NCBI GenBank assembly: GCA_973895155.1
Contig: OZ316891.1
Location: 2,741,801 to 2,805,800, forward strand
Direction of reading: 5' to 3'
DNA length: 64,000 nt
Origin: Marsupella aquatica
Taxonomy: Eukaryota; Plantae; Marchantiophyta
The translations under genes were made by a program, and so were the position numbers. Of this stretch, positions 1 through 11,463 are shown in pieces (the stretch's first letter is position 1; every line of letters begins with the position of its first letter). A model generated the notes under the pieces. It was given only the letters and a program-made list of their open reading frames with translations, was not told the origin of the DNA and searched no databases.

Positions 1-22
1 CAATCACCTCTTTTCACATACA

Positions 23-418
23 AAGACCTAATCTCTAGAGTGAAACCTCTAAACCATAACTTGGGACATAATATTTGAAGTAGGGGCTGTGGGTGGAACA
101 GGGCCTGTGGGGGTGGGGGAGAGAGTCTCTGAAATGGCAATAGGTGTCACTTAGGTTCAAAGAATGGGCACCCATCTCTATTTATGCTCAAAAACCTACT
201 TTCTAGAATGGAACCTCTTGACCATAACTAAAGTAGGGGGGCAGGTGGAAACTGAGGATTGGGTGAGGGGGAATCTATAAATGGCACAAGGATATGTTTA
301 GGTTCAAAGAATGGGTACTAACCTCTATATATGTTGAAATATCTACTCTCTAGAGCGAAACCTCTAGACCATGACATTTCACATTGGTATAGAGGTTTCA
401 CTCTATAGATTAGGTCTT
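23..418. mobile_element. Foldback/MITE-like element with ~29-bp inverted termini
   Basis: 23-51 AAGACCTAATCTCTAGAGTGAAACCTCTA is the reverse complement of 390-418 with 1 mismatch. Internal copies of the motif at ~202 and ~348. Related motifs at ~26091, ~51034 and ~54175. No TSD seen. Confidence 0.55.
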
Positions 419-560
419 CCATTAGTGGACCAATCAGAAAAGGAATATATCTACTTCTTTTTCTTCTGACCAAAACTGTATTTTTTAGTGGACCTCCTCT
501 CATGAATTCTTTTGATTGAAGCTAATAGTCCTTAGTAGAGTTCTTAGTAGCTAATAGTAA

Positions 561-930
561 TGTTAGGATTTACTTTTAGGTTTAGAGTAATGACTGTACC
601 GTAGTTAAGGCTAACCTTAGTCACAGACTTGGTTAGGTTAGTCATGTTGTGCACACTATATACCCAAGCGGTGTTTGCTTGGAGAGGGGGGAGCAGTGTT
701 TGCTTGGAGAGGGGGGAACTCAGGCTCATTCTTTCGGAGCTAGTTGAGAGATAGAGAGAGCTTGCGTTGTGAATGTTTTGGTATGGCCGGTCGGTCTAGA
801 GTGCAGTAAAGCTCTCGTGTGTTCCCGTGGACGTAGCCTCATGAAGAGGTGAACCACGGATCTCTGTGTCGACTCTTGTGCGTTGGATGGTTCATGGGCT
901 TGTCGTTGCGATTGTCGTCTATGCTCAACA
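561..930 (+). mobile_element. Solo LTR (370 bp), copia-type
   Basis: TGTTAG...TCAACA termini flanked by the 5-bp direct repeat AGTAA (556-560, 931-935). Internal CTATATA box and the copia-LTR-like motif CCCGTGGACGTAGCC...GAACCACG..TCTCTGTGTC. Confidence 0.85.
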
Positions 931-1318
931 AGTAATAGTCCTTAGTAGCTAATAGTAGAGTAAGAGGACCACCAATCTGAAAAAGAATAGGTTTTTTTAT
1001 GATAAAATGTATTTTGTTAGTGGTCATCCCCTCTCGTGAATTATTAGACGTATAGTATAATGTGAGAAAATAGGAATTTTGTTAACTAGGAGAGTGTTGT
1101 TAGCAAGACACTTGTGGTAAAATTTCTTTTTCTTTTTGCTGCCTATTATATATTTTGTTTTTTTATGACTCCTAATGGCTAGCAAGTTTGCTAGCAAAAC
1201 TATGAGTCTCAAAAATAGATGTTATCATCCTGGTTGTTGTTAATGAGGCAATGAGATAGTTGATTATAGAATATTAGGGATTATTGTTAAGGAGTTGAAT
1301 TAAAATATTAGGGATCAT

Positions 1319-1645
1319 TGTTAGGGTTTTGATTCAATCTTGGTTAGGTTAAATGATAAATTAACCAGAGTTAAACATTAGTTGACTAGACTATTCATAA
1401 AGAGATAACACTCTTGGTATCCCATAGAGAGAGAGAACTCCACTCGGTGGAGAACTTTGTGAGAGAATGAGGGAGTTTGGACTAGGGAGCTATGGTGATA
1501 TGTACTTTTTGTGTTCATAGTGAAGTTCTTGGTGCGACCATGGACTAGCCTGATGAAGTGAATCACGTAATCTTTGTGTCGGTGTACTGGAGTGTTATAT
1601 GAATGATGATTATGAAAACGTCATGTTGTTCGTTTCAATCTTACA
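1319..1645 (+). mobile_element. Solo LTR (327 bp), related to the 561-930 solo LTR
   Basis: TGTTAG...CTTACA termini flanked by ATCAT (1314-1318, 1646-1650). Shares the GGAC(G)TAGCC...GTGAA(T/C)CACG...TGTGTCG motif. Confidence 0.8.
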
Positions 1646-2224
1646 ATCATGTGAGAAAAAAAAAATTAGGGGTCATGTGAGAAAAAAGTTTCACCCATTC
1701 CTCGCCCACTACAATGACCTCCTAACTTTTAGGGGTCATGTGAGGAAAAGACAAATTAAGGGTCGAGTGACAGTTATTTTGATTGAAGCTAATAGTCCCT
1801 AGTGTGAATTTTGTATTGTTTAGTGGCATGCTACAATGACCCAATTATTATTTTGATTGAAGCTAGTAGTCCCTAGTATAGTAAGAGGACGCCATTGACT
1901 AAAGTCAGCCGACAGCCAGACAGTTCACGAAATTGAATTTACTATGCGGAAAGCCAGCTACAGTTGCTGGAGCTCTTCAAGCACATGGATATGTGAACGG
2001 TAACGAGTATTTATGAAATGATTGACGAAGTTTCTCAGCAAGTCCATCTCATATAGGAACCTGAAATTCTCCGGCTTCGATCATACACGCCGATGCTGTG
2101 CCACGAATCAAACCAAACCGCGTGAGATGCAGGATTGATCCATCTAACTCCTTGAGCTTGAATCAGGCTATATAATCTTGCAGCGATGAGCTATGTTGTA
2201 AGTCAGGTGCTCGTCTGCACCTGA

Positions 2225-3010
2225 TGTTTGTAGACAGTCACGTTTTCAGTCCGATGGGCGAAGTGCTTTGTCTCTGAAACGATTTGGATTGCCGCTTTAA
2301 TTGCATGATCAGTCACAGTGGCGAAGAGGGCAATGCAGGCTCAAACGTATGTTTGTAGACAGTCACGTTTGCAGTCCGATAGGCGAAGGGCTTTGTCTCT
2401 GAAACGATTTGAAGGTGTCCATCATGTCCTTGCCGCTTTAATCGAATGATCAGTCACAGTGCCGAAGAGGGTGTCCATCATGTCCTTGCCGCTTTAATCG
2501 ATTGATCAGTCACAGTGGCGAAGAGGGCAATGCAGGCTCAAACGTTTTCAGTTCAAAGGGCTCGGTGGAGGTGTCAATCAGATTTGAGCCTTCAATGTCC
2601 TTGCCGCTTGAATTGAATAATCAGTCACAGTGTCGCCGAGGGCAATGCAGGCTCAAATCTGAAGCTTGCCTCGGGACGTCTTTGCCCAGTTGTGAATGCC
2701 GAGAGTTCAAGCTCCGTCCCTGAAACGATTCGAAGGTGTCCAAATCTTTGTAAATTTCAAGATTGGTATGATACGTGGAATGGTTAGTTCGTATAGCGAG
2801 GTCACGTGAAAACGTTGTCTGGATTCTCAGCCTTCATATGTTTGGCAAGCATGTTTCGATCCGTCAAGCTCCATGTTTTGAACCTTCAATGTCCTTGCCG
2901 CTTGAATTGAATGGTCAGTCACGGTGGCGACGAGGGCAATGGAGGCTCAAATCTGAAGCTTGCCTCGAAACGTCTTTGCCCAATTGTGCAGGCCGAGAGT
3001 TCAGACATCA
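2225..3010. repeat. Degenerate direct-repeat cluster (~5 copies of TGCCGCTT.AAT.GAATGATCAGTCACAGTGGCGAAGAGGGCAATGCAGGCTCAAA)
   Basis: Copies near 2290, 2431, 2487, 2602 and 2896, with variable spacing. Confidence 0.75.
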
Positions 3011-3339
3011 TGAATCGAACCGTCAGATCGATCTTGCATTTGGGTTGATTAATATCCGGAACGACTGTTTTCTTCAACGAATCTTCAATCTTCTCCTGAC
3101 TGCTTGGCGTTCGTATCTTTGGCAGGATCATTTCGATAGCTCACGTGCGTGTTTGATCCTTCTGATTGTTTGATTGCTCGCAAGGGAATTTCCAGAAGGG
3201 GAGATTGAATGGCCAAACTCAAGTTTGCAACGAACGGTCCTGCGCGCCCAACATATTACCGTCAACAGTCTAGAATCTCATTCTGCTCCAGCAGAACTGC
3301 CGGTACCTCAGAGCACATCCCGAAGCCAGTCTCGAAGCC

Positions 3340-3960
3340 TGTCTGGCAGTTTCAGTCGCTATTCCTGAGTAGCCCTTCTGGCAGTTTCAGCCCCTGTCCG
3401 AAACCTCAGTAGAACTTAGAGACTCACCCTGGATCCAAATATCTATTCGAGTCCTGAGAAGCCTGGCAGATTCAGCCCCGGTGCCTTAAGCCCCAAGACA
3501 TTACGAAGCCCGTCTGATAGTTTCTGTCCCTACTCGCATCCTGAGTAGCCCTTCTGGCCCTCTTTGAATCCTCAGTTGATCAAGTTAGTGACTCACCCTT
3601 GATCCGGGTATCTATTCGAGTCCTGAATGACCCCTGGCAGATTCAGGCCCTATTCGAATCCTCAGTAGTTCAACTTAGAGACTCACTCTGATTCCAGTAT
3701 CTATTCGAGTCCTAAGTAGCCCTACTGGCCGTTTAAGTCCCTACCCGAATCCTTACATCTCATGCCCTTTCTTAGAGATCATCAGAGACGACTCTCGACT
3801 CACCCTAGATCCAGTCCGTATGCGAGTTGTCCTGAATGGCCCTTCTGGCAGTTTCAGCCCCTCCGTAGTTCAGCTTAGAGACTCATCCTGGATCCAGTCC
3901 CTATTTTAATCCTGGCTAGTTTAACTTAGACACGACTCTCAACCGACCTTGGATCAGTGC
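3340..3960. repeat. Degenerate tandem array (TTAGAGACTCACCCTGGATCC / CCTGAGTAGCCCTTCTGGCAGTTTCAGCCC modules)
   Basis: Both modules recur about 5-6 times at ~90-180 bp spacing. Confidence 0.7.
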
Positions 3961-4883
3961 CTAAATAAGGCTCACCCCAATTTGGCCACAGCTCACATGC
4001 ATAAGTAAGGCTCATCTCGATTTGGCCACCACATTACGTACAACTCTATTGTTAATTAAGTACTATACTCAAGATAACAAATGGGTGTATGGGGAGCACC
4101 CCAACCCCGTTGTCAATTAGTAGCAGCCTTGTTGGTTGAGAGTCTTGGTTGCCTACGGTAATAGCTCGTTCATCAAAATTTTCAGATGACGTTGAAGCAG
4201 CAGTATGCAACAGGTTATCAACAAAACCAAAGCCGACCTACAGCAACCAAACTCCTCTATCAAGTCGCAGTCAAGATACCTTCGAGTATCCAAGCTACAC
4301 TTTACAATTCATGAATCCACAATCACCGTACCCAAGGCCAATGTCATCCGAGCCAAATTCAATATGACCCAACTCTGATCTCGTGTCAAGACAAAAAAAA
4401 AAAAAGATGATCTTCTCGCTAAAATGCCCAGAATATGCAGAACTGTGGGGAGAGATGAACCAATATCCTCCCACGTTTTGTCTACTTTTTGCTTCTCGTG
4501 ATTGCATCAAGAGCATTTGCACAAGGATGTTTACTGTAGATTGTGACACGGTTTGAGAATACGGGGATGTAGGATGCTTCCGCGCAAAGCAACAATCATT
4601 TCAATTTGCGCTCATAATTATGTACAAAGCTGCAGGCAACCCATGCAGGAGGGGGCGGGCGGCCTCCCGGCCAAAATCAGGTCCTACAACGACAAGGACA
4701 CCTACAAAGACCTTTCAGTCCCGAATCTCAGGATAAGAATGGAAAACAAACGATGGGTCCTGCGAAGAATCTGACTTCACATCCAGAAACCCCGTCGTGA
4801 GGACGTTCTTTGCACCTCACCTCCTCTCAGGACCAGAACTCCCTACTTCAATCAATGAGGCAAGAGACACCGAGATTCACAGT

Positions 4884-7800
4884 TCAAACAGCCAGTGTGT
4901 GTTGATTCGCCAACTCAGGGCGCAGAAATGGGTGCTCTAGCAGATCAGTGATCTGAGGGCGACCGTGACGATCCCATGTCAGACACTTCTTCATGGCATC
5001 TAGGAGCCAGGGATCTGGTATGGCTGGAAACTGAATCTTGTGTGTTTTGCAGGCAATGGCCTGAATTTTTGCATAGAAAGAGACTACATGAGAGAATGGA
5101 GTGTGACCATAGACCATCTGGTACAGGATGCAACCCAGTGACCAGATATCAGATGCCCGCCCGCACTTCACCGTCCGACCTTCCTCGTCGATTGAGTTGG
5201 TCATGAAGGCCTCGGGAGCCATGTAATTCAATGTCCCAACCTAGATCAAGTGACCACGGTTAAAATTATGTTTGTCACACCTTTTAAAACATTGAGTCCA
5301 CGAAAGTTCGTTTTGATACTCTTCAGCAAAACAATAGACAAGCGTAAGAGAGGAAATACGAATGGGAAGGTCCATTTCTTAAAGGTCTTGGAACTTACTC
5401 CAGAATCTCTCACGATGTGCGTGGTGTCATTCTGGATTGCCTTTGCAATACCAAAGTCAATAAGCTTCAATTCGCCCTTGACCAGGAGGAAGTTGGCCGG
5501 CTTTAGGTCCGCATGAACTATGCGTTCCTCATGAATTGTCTTGACAGCTAACAACATATGCTGAAGAAAAAACGACAGTTCGTCAGTTAACATGACTAGC
5601 TTGGGATTAGAACACACCAACTGCATCTCATTATATTTATTATAAATCAAAAATGCAATGAGGGGAGGATTGAGGATTGGTTACCTTCCAGTAAAATCGA
5701 AGCCAGTTTTCATCTATGATTTCGTCGCTTTCCATCATTTCTTTTCGCTTTTTGACTAGAATGCTGGCCAAATCAATTTCGCCAAATTCAAGAACCATGT
5801 AGATAAATGCATCCTCCAAGATTTTTTCTTCCTCATATTCTTCACTGATTACTGTCTTGTTGGTTACCTACACGGACATTGAAGTTAGGCCTCTCCACAT
5901 GGGAGAATGGTGATACTGGCAGTCATTGACACACAAGCATAAGAGGTTGACGGTCTCCTGCTAATCAGGGCTAAATATTGCAATTTGAGTGAGGGTCCGC
6001 TCTTTGGCACTTACTTCGTACTCGATTAGTTGTATCACATTTCGCTTTCCTCGGAACCTCTCCAGATACTCGATCTCTTGGTAGAAGCCTAGTGCTACAC
6101 GATACTCACGCCCCTTCAGATTGATCTTCTTCAAAGCGTAGATGTTGCAATCGCTGTCGATAACTTTGAAGACTTCGCTGCTGCCACCCTTACCAATCCG
6201 GCCAAGTTTCTGATACCTCTTATTGTTCACATACACGAAGTAAGAATTCTCGAACATCTTCTTTGGAGGCGTTGCAGTGGCTCCTAGGCCATTTTCTTTC
6301 CCCGAGCCATCTGAAGCTTGAAGGGAAGCCAGACCCCTCTCCTCCGAAGGCAACGCTCCCACCTTGGCCTCCGTATTGTATGGCAATGCACCATCTTTGT
6401 TAAATATGTCGCCTCCGGGATTCTTAGAGCGGATTGGAGACCTCCGAGTTGATTTCCCGGCAGGCTCACAGTTCTTTGGATTTCCGGAACCATCGGGAGA
6501 AATCCGTGCCTGACCACGGGAACCCGTCTCGACGCTTATCACCGATCGTGCTGAATGGGATTTCGAGGGGGGTGCAGCGCAGTTTTCCACCGACTTCGAG
6601 GTGATTAACTCGCTGGAGTGTGCAACACCTGGGGTCGGCGAGACTCTGTTGCTCTTACTATTGAACGGAAGCTTGTTCTCGTCCGTTTTAAGCAGGTCTT
6701 CTTCTCCCAATGATAATGAATTTAGATAATTTGACAGATCTGGAACAACAGGGATGGGTACATTCTCTTTGTTTTCTAAAGACGACAAGCCATCATGCGA
6801 CATGTCTTCACCCAGGTCTCTTCCATCCCCCACATTTGCAGGTCCATTTGCACTGAGCAGTGTTCGTTTTTCGTTCCCGTTCTGTGCTCCATATGCCGGT
6901 TTACTGACTGGCAGCGCAGATTCTCGGGCACCGTCGCTAATTTGCAGATGTCTTCTGTCACGTCTTTCGCAGGAATCCTTGAAAGCTTCAGAAGCGCTGA
7001 CCTCAGTGTGATTTTGTGCCGACGTGGTTCTCGATTGGCGACCCGCAAGTGCACCAGTTGTCGCCTTAGATGTAGTTGACACAGAGGAAGCCTTTCCCGA
7101 TTGCACCAGTCTACCTGTTGCAGAGTTTCTGGGCTGTTGTAATGTGGTTCGGGGTGAGACAACCGTGGTAGGCACACGCGGACGCGCAAACTTCCCAACA
7201 TCCTGCTGGCTGATTGATTGACTAGGGTGCTCCCTAGGCGTTGATCCCACTAAAGATTGCCGTTGTTGAGCTTGAACAGCAACTTCGACGTCCTCTTGAG
7301 CACTTGCAGTAGTAGGAGCAGAGCTGCTGTGTTCAGAAAGCTGGGACGTATCTCCGTCTCCACCGGTCAAATCTCGCTCTGCTTTTCTCTTTCTTGGGTC
7401 AGAAGACGGATGCTGAAGTACCCCACCACTAATCTTCTCGACGTTTTCTGCCGTTGTTACAGTCGGACAATCACTCTCGATGATTGGTGAGACACAAGGA
7501 GAGCTGATACTGCTGTTAAATGAATCTACGCTGTCCCTGAACACACGAGATGCGGGCCGCCCTGTACTCCAAAACAAGCATAAAAAGCCCGTTCACGTCT
7601 CGGCCAGCCTTATCTTAAAGCGAAATCAACAATTCAGCACAAAAGTTCTTTCAACTGAGGCGTAATATTCACTACTTTACTTCAAATTCAAGAGCTAGAG
7701 CCAAAATTTTGATGCTCAACTTATCTCGAATTGAAGCCAAAAAGTCACTACGAGTCCAATGAATCTGAACCCAAAAAGTCACTACAACGTACTCATCTCA

Positions 7801-10385
7801 TACTGAAGCCAAAATTCAATATTACTAGATTGACCACAAATTGAAGCCGAAGGATAGGACGACTTGTCTGAAACACGCACAGAACACTCATGAACTTCAT
7901 TGGCGCGCAGAGTTGGACAACAAAGGGAATTACTACTCACCAAGATATTTGGGACGCTTGCTGATCTTGCTCACTTTGTTGTAAACATTGGATAGCATGC
8001 TTGAGGAGGAGACCTCTTTATCCGCTAACAGAGTTGGGTCACGAGATTTCACGGTATCATCGTCTAGGGAAGAATTCTCCGGTAAAGAGGTGGTGGAGCT
8101 GCTACCGCTGCTGCTGACCCCCGTTCCAATGGAAGAAAGACTTGCTGGACCGTGTCCCACTGCTGTAATATCTATAATGCTGCTTCTGGTCCCCTTTAAT
8201 CCGTCGTCTTGAGGAAGGACCTCTTGCTCTGAAGGAGGGCAGTGAGCATGAGCCTGTGCGGGGTTCCAAATTGCATTGCTTCGTGCCCACTTCGAGCTTC
8301 CTTGTACTCCAGCTCGATGGGTCGAAGCACTTTGAGTTCTCGCAGGTTGTGGCCAAGTTTCCCTGGTGCGCGCAAATGCCTGCTTATTGACCTTCTCCTC
8401 AGAATAAGAGCCGGCATACTTATATATCTTGTCGCAGGCAGCCCTTGATCCAGAGTCCAGCTTATGGCCCAGCGGCTCGTAGTGTTCTACATTTGGCGAT
8501 TCCAGTGCAAAGGAAATATGTGGGACAGGTTCCTCTTCGCTAACGCCGCTAACGCGGCCAAAGCGGCCGCCCTTCTCGTCTTCAATAACAAGTTCCTGTA
8601 AATTCTTCCCGTCGCATTGAGAATTTCCCATACTCGGGAAGCTCGCCAGTTCCTCCTCCGGTAAAGTATTGTTGTTTGTGTACGACGGACCTTGCTGCTT
8701 GTTGCCATAGTTCGACCGACTACTACTGTCAACACTATTTGGTGGTGATTTTCGCGGGTAAAGACTTAAGAAGTCACCTTGCTGAATTCGGGACTTTAGC
8801 TCCTCGGTCTTAGTGGAATAGGTGGTGTTTCCACTTTGATTGATATGTGACCTCGAGGCTGAATCTCCCGTCACCGTCCTCGCGACTCCTGACGGCAATC
8901 TGTCCGCTGCTCCTCCCACCGCCTTGACCTCAACGCTGCGGCTCACTTCTCGCGGATCGTTTGATATAACGGAGCTCCTACCGGTTTCGGGTTTTGTCAA
9001 ATTCAATCCTGACGCTTGCCCGCTGCTACTGAACTGCTGGTCACCCCTACTGCTCCTCTCCGATCGTTCAATTACTGAATCCTCGTGAGATTGGTGCTCT
9101 GTTGACCTGAATGGCGTCCCTGGCCTCTTAGACCCACTCCAGAGGCCAGTGCCCACGACGTGGGATGATGGTTGGGGAGAAGAAAGTCTCTTCACACATA
9201 CCTGGTCTTGATGAAGTTGAAACTTTGAGAGGAAAACACTACTGGGTGAGTTGAGGCTGCTTACCTTGGCACGTTCCCCAGTGTCTGACCCTAACGCTAA
9301 ACCCCTACTAGCTAACAAACCCGCTGAAACTGGTGATTTTATTTCTACAGATTTTACGTTGCTGATTTCCCTACTACGACTCGTAACTCGATGATGCTCC
9401 TGTGACTTTATTGAATCGTCGTGATAAACCTGGATGACTCCTCGGTTTGCTACTGGCCAAGGAGACTTAGCCCCTGCTGCTTGCACGCCACTACCAAATC
9501 GATGATTCTTGGAGAATTTCTCTCCACCATGGTCCACTGAATTGCGAATAGTGGATAATGAGCCTCTGGAGCGGCTCGGTGAAGGGTGAGAGCCAACTGA
9601 CTGCTGCTGTTCCCTGCCTGCCACAGTCCCGCCCATCTCCTTGGAAGAAGAAAGGCCAGCTGAGGGCTTGCCCGACGCTCCCGAAAGCTTGTCATTGCCA
9701 TCCACCGCCGGTGATACAAGCTTGCCCAGATGCCTAGTGAACAACATTTCCATGCACTTAAATTCAAAGACAACAACATGAGGCGGGAATCCATTGCCAC
9801 ACCCTCAAAATTTACATCCGCAACTCAGGGCACGCAATCTAAACCAAGCCATCTCTCATTTTTGTTAGGAAAAAAAACACCAAGCCATCTGATATATACT
9901 ACTCCTCGTCTAAAGCCTGGAAGGAGCGATGGACCTTGCTTCTTCCTCATTTTCCATGAACAGAGCTAATCAGAATCGCCTAATCGGCAATACTCACGAC
10001 ATAACTCACAGGGCAGGACAATCCAATTATAAGCACTTGAATTAACCCGGTGCATGGAGAATAGCTCGGGCAAACGCGGAGGTCGTGGTATGAGATGCAT
10101 TCTGTACCTGGACGCCGAGTCCACCTCAGGCTGAACGCTTTTACTGACCAACTTGTGCTGAGATACTCGGTCCTTCAGCCACTCCAGCGCCTCCACACCA
10201 CCGCAATTCCCAAGCGTCGTATTCGGGGTCAGCACGCCCGCCCTTTCCCAGCTGCTCCGTGACTCCTTCCCTGCTAATCCTACTCCTGCTCCCAACCTCC
10301 CAAACCTCCTTTCCCTTCTTGACGGGCCCCAGAGCCCTCCTCCTACAGGATTCACATTCTCCTTCACCTTTACAGCCTCCTCCAT
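4884..10385 (-). CDS. MPS1: MPS1/TTK dual-specificity mitotic checkpoint kinase, 6 coding exons, ~1439 aa
   Basis: Exons read by hand, all GT-AG and phase-consistent: 10385-10108, 9733-7941, 7561-6015, 5867-5685, 5560-5399, 5240-4884 (4320 nt). The C-terminal kinase has MPS1-type motifs: [84 protein letters not shown]. The start codon and N-terminal exons are less certain than the kinase exons. Confidence 0.9.
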
Positions 10386-10987
10386 CGCGCTGCGCCTCTT
10401 CCGTCCTCGTCTTCGTGAACTGCTTCAGCTCCTCGTCCGCCTCCGCATTTCAAATCCTTTTCTGCTCCAAGTCCTATCCAGCCCCGCCGCCGCTTCATCA
10501 TAGTTGGACATCGCTCGCTCTCGCCCTCTACGCTCTCAAGTCCTCCACCCCTTTTGCTCCTTCCCTTCCTTCCACTCTCTTCTGCCTACTCGTCCTCCAA
10601 CGCTTCTTCAGCTCCTCCTCACCCGTCTACGCATTTCAAATCCCTTCATTGTTCGACATTGCTCCTTCCACTCAGTTCTCGTCACTCCTCCTCCTCGTAC
10701 CACGCACAATAGTGCTCCTCTACGTTTCTCCAGGGGCCATTGCCCGTCCGCCATCGCAACCCAGGCATTGGCATTAGCAGCACCTTCAACGCGGAAGTCT
10801 CGCACCATTCACTTCGACGCTGCTTCGTTCCCTCGAGCTCGCTTCTCGATTCAAATCTCCCAATCAATTCGTCCGTCTCCATCTCCAAGCAGCTCCCCCT
10901 CTCGCTCCTACTCCCATCACGCCCAGATTGTTGGAATTGAACAAACGTTGTTCCGCCATCTCCATCATCTCTCGCCTCGAACGATAG

Positions 10988-11432
10988 AACGGATTTGTGC
11001 AAAACACACGATCACAATTATGATCAATGTACCGTTGAAGAATTGGAGGTAAGTCCTCGAGACCACCAAACCGGACAACCGGTTTCCGCCAAGACCACCA
11101 AACCGGACTATCGGTTCCCGCCGATACCGAAAACACGTCTATTCTTGTTTCGGTCTCTCCAAACTGACCAGACACGGTTTGGTGTGAGCTGACATGTTTA
11201 CAGTCGTCTGTCTGGTTTGAGTACCGTTGATAATGGAAAGCGCGACAGGTTTGTGCTCGAAGTTTGCAGTGGGCTTTACCGTCTGACACTTTAAAACACT
11301 GACGAATAGAGTGCAGCTCATGCCGTGGGACGGTATATTTGGCCCGGCAATCATGCCTTTCTTCGGTCCTCGCAACGGCTCCTATAGTTGTAATTTCCGT
11401 ATCTACCACGGTAGATATAGACCACTCCCGTT
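10988..11432 (-). promoter_or_regulatory. Cluster of MSA-core (AACGG) elements upstream of MPS1
   Basis: AACGG/CCGTT at 10988, 11032, 11224, 11374 and 11428; two read TCAACGGTAC on the minus strand. MSA elements are MYB3R sites in plant G2/M genes. Confidence 0.55.
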
Positions 11433-11463
11433 GGCCCAGCCAGTGAGGGCACTCCCACCCATA

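Noticed and set aside
2225-3010. CRISPR-like repeat/spacer pattern
   Set aside because: Eukaryotic context, degenerate repeats, irregular and mutually homologous spacers, and no cas genes.
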